Assembly (NCBI GenBank): GCA_964618805.1
Contig: CAZUBM010000001.1
Coordinates: 192,010 to 256,009 of the forward strand
DNA length: 64,000 bases
Source of the DNA: an uncultured Nitrososphaerota archaeon
GTDB lineage: Archaea; Korarchaeota; Korarchaeia; Korarchaeales; Korarchaeaceae
Direction: 5' to 3'
Shown: piece by piece, positions 50,357-59,111 of the stretch
Numbering within the stretch: the first letter of the stretch is position 1
How the letters are laid out: the number at the start of each line of letters is the position of its first letter
Translations under genes and position numbers: made by a program
The notes under the pieces: model-generated
Told to the model about the DNA's origin: nothing
What the model saw: the letters and a program-made list of their open reading frames with translations, nothing else
Database searches by the model: none

Positions 50357-50375
50357 CAGGTATGTGAAGTCTCAT

Positions 50376-51170
50376 CTAAACTTTAACAGTACCGAATTCT
50401 ATGGCTCTCACATAAACTTCCTCGAGTTTAGTTCTCTCCTTGACCGCCTTCCCTAACTTAATCAGAAATGAGGCAGGTACCTTCTCTACAGACAAAAAAG
50501 TTGGATCTATAAGCGTTTCGGAAGGGATGTATTGCTGAATTACGTATGCTATCCTATTTTTGGAACTAGATGCTAGTTCAGACACATAATCTGCCATTCG
50601 AAGGACATCTTCTTTGTTTAACAGAGTAGGAACGAATGTTGTCCTTATTTCGACGAAGGGAACATCCTTAATCCCCATCCTCAAAGATAAATCAACGGAT
50701 TCCACTAATTCTCTCCCCCTAGCAGGATCCAAACCAGTTATAGCGGCATATTTCTCTGGATTTCCTATGGGGCCCTTTAGGTCAAGAGCAAGATGGTCTA
50801 ACCCCAATCTTATCACTTTTCTTATCACATCGCAATTCGTTCCATTGGTATCGAGACTTATCTTCTCACCTGCCTTCTTAGATAGCAAAAAAAGGGCTTC
50901 GAGACCATCTGGTTGAAGCGTTGGTTCACCCCCAGTTACATGCACATATTTAACCAATTTTGAATTCTCTACCACTAAATCTACTAACTCTCCTACTTCT
51001 ACTTCTCTCATAACTTTACCAGTTACAACGTGGGAGTTTTGACACCATGGGCATCTTAGATTACAGTAATTAAACCAGATGGTAAAGGAAGGCTCTCCTA
51101 TTATATCAACAAGCGAGAGCTCCTTCCACCCAGCTACCCTAACTTTGACCCTCCTAAGGTCCCCCTGCAT
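50376..51170 (-). CDS. nrdG: Anaerobic ribonucleotide reductase activating radical SAM protein
   Basis: CNLRCPWCQN, VTGGEPTLQ, LDTNG and EIRTT. Lies directly downstream of nrdD; likely start 51170. Confidence 0.88.
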   Translation of the reverse strand: MQGDLRRVKVRVAGWKELSLVDIIGEPSFTIWFNYCNLRCPWCQNSHVVTGKVMREVEVGELVDLVVENSKLVKYVHVTGGEPTLQPDGLEALFLLSKKAGEKISLDTNGTNCDVIRKVIRLGLDHLALDLKGPIGNPEKYAAITGLDPARGRELVESVDLSLRMGIKDVPFVEIRTTFVPTLLNKEDVLRMADYVSELASSSKNRIAYVIQQYIPSETLIDPTFLSVEKVPASFLIKLGKAVKERTKLEEVYVRAIEFGTVKV

Positions 51171-51177
51171 TCCTCCT

Positions 51178-53067
51178 TTACCAACTCTCCCTTCCATAAG
51201 TCGCTCTGTTCTTGAATTCAGCTTTCTTTCCGGCATTCCACGTTCTAATAGGCCTATAGTATCCAACAATCCTGCTCCAGACATCTATCCGATTGCTACC
51301 ACACTTAGGACAGGTATCAAATACGCCTACAGAATGCCAGTCACATCTCTGACATACCGATATGCTAGGAGTAAAGCTAAAGTAGACGACATTCGTGTTC
51401 TCAACTATCCTCCTAGCTAGCTTTTTCAAAGCCTCTGGATCAGGGCTCTCGTTAAGGAAGAGATGCATGATAACCCCCCCAGTAAACTCTCTCTGGACCT
51501 CTCCTTCCCACTCAGCTCTAAGCGAAATTGGAACTGAGGCGTAGTAGGGGATCACGCTGTTGCTGTAATATGGGGCAGGATCTCCTCCTGGAATAAGTAA
51601 TTCTCCATTCTCGAACTTGTTGAGAAACTTCTCTCTATCAAGAATGGCTAATCTAGTCCCGGCGCTCTCTGCTGGAACCTCTTCTACATTATAAAGGCAT
51701 TCATCCTCATCTTCAAACTCCTCAACTCTTTTCCTGACATGAGATACTATCTTTTTCATTAGAGAGACAGCTTCTTTGATCTCCCCCTTATCCAAGTTAT
51801 CCCAAAGCGATGGATTGCCCATGAAGTTTGCCACAGCTTCTGGAAGGCCTACAAGTCCAACAGTGCTGTAGTGTCCTTTGAAATGTCCCAGATATCTCTT
51901 AGTAAGAGGCATTAATCCCTTCGCAAGGCTTTGCTTATATCTGCCTCTCCAAACCCTGAGAACTTCTCTAGCAACATCTATCCTCTCATCTAAGAGAGCT
52001 AAGAAATTGTTCCAATCTCCTCTAGCAAGAATACCTACTCTTGGCAGGTTTATTGTTACAACCCCTATGCTACCAGTTGCATCAGGGACTGCCCAAAGAC
52101 CCCTTGCTCCCCTGGACTTCCTAAGCTCTTCCTCAACATCCTCTAAAACCGATTTGAGCTCGAAGTTCTTCACCTTTTCTACATCTAAAGTAAGTCTGCA
52201 ACACATGCTGAAAAGACTCTCAACATCAGTTGCATTACCATTAAGTAGGTAAGCTGAACCCCTCTTAGAAAGTGCCTCAAAGAACAGGTCCGTAAAACCA
52301 TCCCACCTGCTTCCATTCCAGTCAAAGTTCCTGGTCACCATTAGAGTAGGAATTGGAAAGCTAAATGGCTGACCTAATGCATCTCCCTCCATAAGAAGGT
52401 TAAAAAGCTCTTTTGTAATTAAAATGGCTTCATCTAGATAGTCTCCAAGCTTTCCTGCGTATTTCCCGCCCACAACCGCATTTTCTTCCAAAAACTGTTT
52501 ATTTGTATCAAGTAAAACTGTTATATTGGTGAAAGCGGATTGAAAGCCTATTCTTGTTGGGTAATTTAGATCAAAGAGCATTCTCTGAAGCATCTGCTTA
52601 ACCTCTTTTGAAGAAGGCTTATCCTGCTTAACAAAAGCAGCAAGATATAAATCAAAGGCAGAAACTGCCTGAGCACCAGTCCATTCCTGTGCTGCTGTAC
52701 AGAAGAAACTAACAAGCTGAGAAACAGCAGTATCTGCATGTTTTGGAGGTTTCGAGACCATCGTTGGGGTAACCAGACCGCTAAGTAGGAGCTTTCTGTA
52801 AGACCAGCCCGTGCAATATGGTAAGTAAAGGGAATGAGGGAGTTTATGAATGTGGATATCTCCGGAAAAATGCATCTTCACTGCTTTTTCTGGTAAATAT
52901 TCCAGAAGAACGGATTCCTTTTTTAATAGCTTATCCAAGAGAAATTTCACAAAACCTCCGTATGAGATGTCGATATTGGCGTTTTCTTGTACTTCCCAAT
53001 CGAGTTTATCATAATAAGCCTTCTCCAAAGCAACGACTTCATCGCTCATGTCTAACTCAGCCTTCAT
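51178..53067 (-). CDS. nrdD: Class III (anaerobic) ribonucleoside-triphosphate reductase, no ATP cone
   Basis: ENAN, IHIH, YCTGWS, SMCCRL, EEVPAES, CxxC..CxxC and glycyl-radical SRIVGYY. Confidence 0.95.
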   Translation of the reverse strand: MKAELDMSDEVVALEKAYYDKLDWEVQENANIDISYGGFVKFLLDKLLKKESVLLEYLPEKAVKMHFSGDIHIHKLPHSLYLPYCTGWSYRKLLLSGLVTPTMVSKPPKHADTAVSQLVSFFCTAAQEWTGAQAVSAFDLYLAAFVKQDKPSSKEVKQMLQRMLFDLNYPTRIGFQSAFTNITVLLDTNKQFLEENAVVGGKYAGKLGDYLDEAILITKELFNLLMEGDALGQPFSFPIPTLMVTRNFDWNGSRWDGFTDLFFEALSKRGSAYLLNGNATDVESLFSMCCRLTLDVEKVKNFELKSVLEDVEEELRKSRGARGLWAVPDATGSIGVVTINLPRVGILARGDWNNFLALLDERIDVAREVLRVWRGRYKQSLAKGLMPLTKRYLGHFKGHYSTVGLVGLPEAVANFMGNPSLWDNLDKGEIKEAVSLMKKIVSHVRKRVEEFEDEDECLYNVEEVPAESAGTRLAILDREKFLNKFENGELLIPGGDPAPYYSNSVIPYYASVPISLRAEWEGEVQREFTGGVIMHLFLNESPDPEALKKLARRIVENTNVVYFSFTPSISVCQRCDWHSVGVFDTCPKCGSNRIDVWSRIVGYYRPIRTWNAGKKAEFKNRATYGRESW

Positions 53068-53415
53068 TCTCAGTTAGGATTCCAAACTCATTTAATAAAG
53101 GCTTGTTCATATGTTTCCGCTGTGAATAGTGTGAATTAGGTACATAAGAAGGATATACGATGTAATAACTTTTCTTGTTGGTCATATCCAAAATTGTTAG
53201 AAAATGATAAAACGTATTTATGCCTATCGCAAAAAATAATATATATCCCTGCCATATCGAAGTTATCCTTGCATTAAAAGAAAAAGCACGATAAGTGCAT
53301 CCCAGTTACATCAAAAGAGAATATGCCTCCTCTAAGGATCAGAAGGATTTTTCACTTAATACATTTAAGGAAGATATAACCTCTCCTCTCAACCTTCAAC
53401 ATTAAGGGTGATTAG

Positions 53416-53976
53416 ATGAGAGAGTATATCGTGTACTTTGAGAGACCAGGGAAAGAGTGGACTGATGAGGTTTTGAAAATTTGCAAGCAATATGCTGAAT
53501 CCAATGGAATTAAGGACATAGTTGTGGCTTCTACTACTGGAGAGACAGGAGCAAAAGCATCGGAGATATTTAAGGGATATAATCTTGTTGTTGTTACTCA
53601 TGTAGCTGGCTTCAGGGAGCCAGGAAAGGTAGAGTTGCTCGATGAATATAGGAGGAGAATAGAAGAAAATGGAGGAAAAATCCTTACAACAACGCATGCT
53701 CTAAGCGGTGTGGAAAGAAACATTAGAAAAAAGTTTGGGACCATAGGTCCTGCAGAATTAATCGCAAATACATTAAGACTTTTTGGAGAAGGAACTAAAG
53801 TCTGCGTTGAAATCGCTGTTATGGCCGCAGATGCTGCTCTCATTCCAGTTAATAAGGAAGTTATATGCATAGCTGGGACAGTAAGAGGGGCTGATACTGC
53901 TTTAGTTATAAAACCAGCGCATTCAACTAATTTCTTCGATCTTAGAATAAGGAGGATTCTATGTAAACCATTATGA
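53416..53976 (+). CDS. Pyruvate-kinase C-terminal-like (MTH1675-type) protein
   Basis: IVVASTTGETG, VVVTH, THALSGVER, KVCVEIAVMAADA and GADTA. Confidence 0.8.
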   Translation: MREYIVYFERPGKEWTDEVLKICKQYAESNGIKDIVVASTTGETGAKASEIFKGYNLVVVTHVAGFREPGKVELLDEYRRRIEENGGKILTTTHALSGVERNIRKKFGTIGPAELIANTLRLFGEGTKVCVEIAVMAADAALIPVNKEVICIAGTVRGADTALVIKPAHSTNFFDLRIRRILCKPL

Positions 53977-54342
53977 TGGGCTAACTGCAGGTCTATGCAG
54001 CCCCCGGTACATTATTTTTCTAAGCGTAAGAGTATATTTCCACTTTTTGATTTTCTTTAAAAGGCTAGCCCAAGTTTAAAACGAGGAGAAGCTGTGGAAA
54101 TAGGTGCTTCGAAAGTTACCTATGAAGCAATCAGAACCAACGTTAAAAGACTGATGAAATCAGAAGAAATTCATCCGAATTTAGACTCGGGAGCTTCATT
54201 AAGAAAACAGAGCATTCGAAACGCAGGCCTGCTTTATCATCAGAAAAACTGAATCAGGCGTTTAATTTACAGTTTTGTCTTTCAAATAACCTCTCCGTTT
54301 AAGGTGAGGTTACCCTTTCTAACAATCTCTGTCGCAATGTTT

Positions 54343-55617
54343 TCATATCTGAATCTCTTCTAGAGGCTTACCCATCGTTTCTATTCCCAGAAAAGCAACA
54401 GTCGCTGCTGATATCAGGTGAGCTGCAGCGAAAATTATGAAAGCGAAAGCGTAGCTATTTGTTAGATCTAGTATAAGCCCTACTAGGTAAGGCCCAAATA
54501 TACCTCCTACTCTTCCGAACGAATTGGCCCACCCCGTGGCTGAAGCCCTAATTGGTGTTGGATAAAGCTCTGGAGTATATGCATATGTTATCCCCCAAGC
54601 TCCTAAATTGAAGAACGAGATGGCTAGGGCTCCCGATAGAGCTTGAGTGTTTGTTCTAGAAAACCAGTAGAGCAGACTTCCAAGACCTGCTAATGCCATA
54701 TAGAGCGACAAACTCTTCTTCCTTCCTATTTTTTCAATAAGATAAGCTCTACTCCAGTAACCCGGGATCTGAGCAAGAGTTATCATAAATGAGTATTGAA
54801 GTGTCTTGATAAGAGAGAGGCCCCTCGCATAGAGGATCTGAGGAAACCAGGAGAATAGGCCCCAATATGCTAGCACTATGCAAAACCAGTGGATCCAAAG
54901 CATCGTCGTTCTTCTAAGATACTCTCCAGAAAACAACTCAGAAAGACCTACTTTCCTCCTCTTTTCGACTTTAAGCTCTACTCCTGCAATCTCGGCCAGC
55001 TCTTCAGCCTCTTTTTTCTTTCCCTTTATCAGCAGATATCTAGGAGATTCTGGAAGGAAGGATATTAACAGAGAACCCAAGAGAGGAAGGATTCCAAATA
55101 GAAAGATGGGCCTCCATCCAAGTGTGGGAGCAATAATCTTCCCTAAATAAGAGGCAAGCAACCAACCAAACGCCCAACTTGATTCTAGAAGAGCTACATA
55201 CCTACCTCTCACACTCGTTGGAGAGAATTCGAGCAAAAAAGTGCTTGCCGAAACCATGTATCCTGTAGCCCCTATACCAGCAAAGAATCTGAGAAAAACC
55301 ATGTCTATCCAACCTCTTGATGCTGAACAAAAAGCTGTGGTAATCGCCAGAATTGAAAGGGAGAAGATGGAGCATGGCTTCCTTCCTAAAACGTCAGCTA
55401 CCCTTCCAAACAAGGAGGCTCCAACTAGCATTCCAATTAGAAAGGAGTTGAGCAAGACACCAGTTTGAGTTCCTCCAAGCTCCCACTCACTCTTGATTAG
55501 CGGAAGTGCAAAGGAGATTAGTCCTGAGTTAGATGCCACGAACATCCAACCTAATCCTAAAATCAGGAGGATCTTGGTGTTAAAGGAAATTCTCATAGAA
55601 ATTTCCCTTACATCCAA
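54343..55617 (-). CDS. MFS transporter (sugar/aromatic acid/SV2-like)
   Basis: GRVADVLGRK, PESPRYL, YTPELYPT and ETMGKPLEE. Confidence 0.88.
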   Translation of the reverse strand: MDVREISMRISFNTKILLILGLGWMFVASNSGLISFALPLIKSEWELGGTQTGVLLNSFLIGMLVGASLFGRVADVLGRKPCSIFSLSILAITTAFCSASRGWIDMVFLRFFAGIGATGYMVSASTFLLEFSPTSVRGRYVALLESSWAFGWLLASYLGKIIAPTLGWRPIFLFGILPLLGSLLISFLPESPRYLLIKGKKKEAEELAEIAGVELKVEKRRKVGLSELFSGEYLRRTTMLWIHWFCIVLAYWGLFSWFPQILYARGLSLIKTLQYSFMITLAQIPGYWSRAYLIEKIGRKKSLSLYMALAGLGSLLYWFSRTNTQALSGALAISFFNLGAWGITYAYTPELYPTPIRASATGWANSFGRVGGIFGPYLVGLILDLTNSYAFAFIIFAAAHLISAATVAFLGIETMGKPLEEIQI

Positions 55618-55682
55618 TAACCGCTTTCTGTAAAAAGACTGACTGATTACTACCTATATTCCTTTAGAGCTTTTGAAAGAGA

Positions 55683-56100
55683 ATGTAAGCGTGGTTGATG
55701 TGTGCAGTTCTATCTGCGCTGTTTGCTGCTTTAGTGAGAATTGTAGGGAAAATAGGGGTGCAGGGTGTCGATTCTATTACTGCTACGGCTGTTAGGGCAG
55801 TAATAACGCCATACTTTCTGTTCTTTTCGCAACTAGGTTGAAAAAGACAGATTTATCTGGAGTAGACGCAAAGGCCTTGAGTTATATAGCACTAACAGGG
55901 TTATTTAGAGCGTCATCATGGACGGTTTATTTTAAAGCGTTAAGCCTAGGAGAAGCATCGCTTGTCATTCCTATAGACAGATCAAGCGTCCTATTCGCGG
56001 TAGTTTTTAGCTTGTTTTGGGCGAAAAAGCAACTCTCAAAAACAGCCTTGGGTTCCTCTGATAGCAATAGGAACAATCTTAGTGTCCTTACAAAATGTCA
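55683..56100 (+). pseudogene. Single-domain EamA family pseudogene
   Basis: ATG-TAA at 55683, then WLMCAVLSALFAALVRIVGKIGVQGVDS, YFKALSLGEASLVIPIDRSSV and FLGEK in different frames. The end is approximate. Confidence 0.75.
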
Positions 56101-56112
56101 GCCAATCCTCGT

Positions 56113-56126
56113 TAAGTTTTTTAAAA
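56113..56126 (+). promoter_or_regulatory. Possible TATA box for metG
   Basis: TAAGTTTTTTAAAA lies about 25-30 nt upstream of the GGGGGTGG RBS-like tract. Confidence 0.35.
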
Positions 56127-56163
56127 GAATTCGCTACCTTCTAAAGCCAAGGGGGTGGCTTAA

Positions 56164-57825
56164 CTCAAGTCAAAAAAAGTTGTTATTACGGCTGCGCTTC
56201 CCTATGCAAATGGTGAAATCCACCTAGGTCACGTAGCTTCTACTTACCTCCCTGCAGATATCTTCGCAAGGTATTGTAGGCTAAAAGGGTTAGAAGTAGT
56301 CTTTGTCTCGGGAACAGACGATTATGGGACACCAATCTTAATTGCTGCAGAGAAGAAGGGCATTAGCCCAGAGGAATTTGTCAAGTACTGGCATGACAGG
56401 GATGAAGAAGATTTCAGGGCTCTGGGAATCTCCTTCGATCTGTTCTATCAAACTCATTCGCCTGAAAACATAAAATTAGCCCAACATTTCTTCTTAGATC
56501 TCCTTAAGAAAGGGCACATATTTGACCAGGAAACAGAACAATGGTTCTGCCCGAATTGCAAACGCTTTCTCCCAGATAGATATGTTAAGGGGACATGTCC
56601 ATACTGTGGAGCAACCGATCAGTATTCAGATGCATGTGAAGTTTGTGGCCGCGCAATAGAACCTGGGAAAATTATAGAGCCCAGATGTGCTATTTGTGGA
56701 ACCCCTCCAATAAGAAAAAGTAGCAGACATTATTTCTTCAAACTATCAGCATTCTCCTCAAAGCTAAAGGAATGGCTGGAGTCGAATGAGCATTTACAGA
56801 AGGATGTAAAGAACTATGTACTGGAGTGGATAAAGGAAGGGCTGAAGGACTGGGACATAACTAGGGACATATCGTGGGGAGTCCCAATTCCCCTCGATGA
56901 GGCTAAAGAGAAGGTACTCTATGGTTGGTTTGACAATCATTTAGGGTACATCTCTTTCACTTTAAAGGCTCTAAAGGAGAAAGGAATAGACGGAAAAGAA
57001 TTTTGGAATTCATCAAGGATATACCATTTCATAGGCAAGGACATAGTATACCACCATTACCTCTTCTTGCCGGCCATGCGCATGGCTGAAGGCGATTACA
57101 AACTCCCAGACTTCATCCCTACAAGAGGACACCTTCTTTTACAAGGAAAGAAGTTCTCGAAGAGTAGAAAGTGGTACATAAGCTTAAGGGACTTGCTTAA
57201 CAGGTTTCCACCCGATTACCTTAGATATTACTTGACCTCGATAACCTCTTACTCACAAAGAGACGCTAATTTTGATTTAGATGAATTTCAAGCTAAAATA
57301 AACAACGAACTGGTGGCAAACATAGGTAATATGATCCATAGAGTTCTCACATTCATTTACAGAAGATTTAATGGAACTATACCAGAACCTAAACCTCTAG
57401 ATAATAAGGATGAAGAATTCCTAAACAGGTTGAGAAATCTACCATCGGAAGTAGGTAAATTAATGGAGACCTTAGAGTTTGATAAAGCCCTAAAGGAGAT
57501 AAGAGACTTCTGTGCGGAATGCAACAAGTATTTCCAAGCAAAACAACCTTGGGAAAGGGATGGAGAAACATGCCTTTACCTAACTTCGAATGCTGTAAAG
57601 GCGATTGCTATAGTACTTGAACCATTTATTCCAGAATCTATGGAAAAACTTTGGTCCTTGCTTGGACTCAGCGAATCCGTGCATGAACAGAACTGGGATG
57701 TAGCAGCAGAGATGACCCTTAGGCCAGGACACAAGATTCAGAGACCTAAGATTCTCTTTAAGAAGATAAACAATGAAGAAATAGAAGCCCTAAAGATGAG
57801 TCTAGGCGAAGAGAAACTCAAATAA
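56164..57825 (+). CDS. metG: Methionine--tRNA ligase (553 codons, non-canonical or defective start)
   Basis: Read by hand as an uninterrupted frame: ITAALPYANGEIHLGH, four CxxC knuckles, WDITRDISWG, HFIGKD and KFSKS. The ORF track shows only 57067..57825. Confidence 0.92.
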   Translation, partial: LKSKKVVITAALPYANGEIHLGHVASTYLPADIFARYCRLKGLEVVFVSGTDDYGTPILIAAEKKGISPEEFVKYWHDRDEEDFRALGISFDLFYQTHSPENIKLAQHFFLDLLKKGHIFDQETEQWFCPNCKRFLPDRYVKGTCPYCGATDQYSDACEVCGRAIEPGKIIEPRCAICGTPPIRKSSRHYFFKLSAFSSKLKEWLESNEHLQKDVKNYVLEWIKEGLKDWDITRDISWGVPIPLDEAKEKVLYGWFDNHLGYISFTLKALKEKGIDGKEFWNSSRIYHFIGKDIVYHHYLFLPAMRMAEGDYKLPDFIPTRGHLLLQGKKFSKSRKWYISLRDLLNRFPPDYLRYYLTSITSYSQRDANFDLDEFQAKINNELVANIGNMIHRVLTFIYRRFNGTIPEPKPLDNKDEEFLNRLRNLPSEVGKLMETLEFDKALKEIRDFCAECNKYFQAKQPWERDGETCLYLTSNAVKAIAIVLEPFIPESMEKLWSLLGLSESVHEQNWDVAAEMTLRPGHKIQRPKILFKKINNEEIEALKMSLGEEKLK

Positions 57826-57927
57826 AATGAGTTAAAGGAAAAACACACCTTTATCAATGCCTGAGTTGAAACATGAAGGACATCAAGCTCCTATATTTAA
57901 AAGCTTTAGATAGTTAAGCTTTATAGA

Positions 57928-58788
57928 ATGTCGGCTGAAGAAATTCGTGAGAAACTTAGAAAGCTTGAGAAATCCTTCATCGAGGGAAGAATTTCTGAAG
58001 AAACCTACAAGGAGTTAAAGGCGAAATATGAGGCTGAACTAGCATCTTTGGGCGGAATACCCACAAAACCAATACCCCCACCTTCAGAAGGGTTAGGAGC
58101 CCTGTTCAGCAGAGCTATAGATTTTTGCTCAAGCAATCCGGTAATTTTCATTCCACCAGTTCTTTCTGGAGTAGTCTCAGCGATTATCCTTATGATCTTT
58201 GGTGTTTCAGCACTTGGCATGTTTAGGGGCTTCAGGCCTCCATTTGGGCCGACTAGACCTGGAGCTATAGTCCCTAGCCCATGGCATCTCCTTATCATGT
58301 CGGCCTTGGCATTGATAGCTATAAGGATAATATCTCTGATCTTCGACGGCTGGATGATTGCGATGGTAAAGCAAAGGATTGAACAGAACTTCATAGATCT
58401 TAGTGATAGCTTTTCATATACTATATCAAAACTTGCTCCCTTGTTAGTGGCCTCTATCCTCGTTGGGATCATAGTCGTTGTTGGACTATTCCTTTGCGTA
58501 GTACCCGGATTAATTGCTGCGATTTTATTAGCCTTAACATTGCAGGCTGTAATAGTAGATGATTATGGAGCAATTGAAGCTCTTTCAATCAGTTATAACG
58601 TTGTAAAAAGGAACTTCTTCGAAGTGCTCATAGTAATAATCGTGCAGTTTGTTGTTATATTCATTCTTAATATGATACGATACGTAGGTCCAATACTTGC
58701 CATGTTAGCTGGAGCTTACTTTACTGTTCTCCTTACTCTGCTGTATTATAGTAGAAGAGCGCCTAAACCTTCGACAATCACGGTATAA
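57928..58788 (+). CDS. Membrane protein with N-terminal SHOCT-like domain
   Basis: LRKLEKSFIEGRISEETYKELKAK, a Pro-rich linker and about 6 TM. Confidence 0.72.
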   Translation: MSAEEIREKLRKLEKSFIEGRISEETYKELKAKYEAELASLGGIPTKPIPPPSEGLGALFSRAIDFCSSNPVIFIPPVLSGVVSAIILMIFGVSALGMFRGFRPPFGPTRPGAIVPSPWHLLIMSALALIAIRIISLIFDGWMIAMVKQRIEQNFIDLSDSFSYTISKLAPLLVASILVGIIVVVGLFLCVVPGLIAAILLALTLQAVIVDDYGAIEALSISYNVVKRNFFEVLIVIIVQFVVIFILNMIRYVGPILAMLAGAYFTVLLTLLYYSRRAPKPSTITV

Positions 58789-58790
58789 AA

Positions 58791-59111
58791 ATGGATCTAG
58801 AGACAGAAGAGAGGCTCATAGCTGTTCTTCTCTCTCTTTTTCTTTTAATATTTGCAACGATCGTCCCGATGGAGCCAGGACAAGAAGAGCTTCCTTTCCC
58901 TTGGATAAGCTGTCCATTTAGGTCCATAACTGGCAGACCATGTCCTTTATGCGGCTCTACTCGAGCTTTCATTCACACCGCTCATGGGCATTTTTCAGAT
59001 GCGTGGAAGCTAAATCCTATTGGCTTATTTGCCTATTTCGGAGTCTGGGTTCTATTCCTTTATGAAGCTTACAAGCTGTTGAGCAAAAGGTTTAGATCTA
59101 TCAGGAGCTAG
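58791..59111 (+). CDS. DUF2752-type small membrane protein
   Basis: CPFRSITGRPCPLCGSTRA...G....AWKLNP. Confidence 0.82.
   Translation: MDLETEERLIAVLLSLFLLIFATIVPMEPGQEELPFPWISCPFRSITGRPCPLCGSTRAFIHTAHGHFSDAWKLNPIGLFAYFGVWVLFLYEAYKLLSKRFRSIRS

Noticed and set aside
55838-56227. 129-aa ORF as a real gene
   Set aside because: It is the middle frame of the EamA pseudogene running on out of frame into the metG 5' region.
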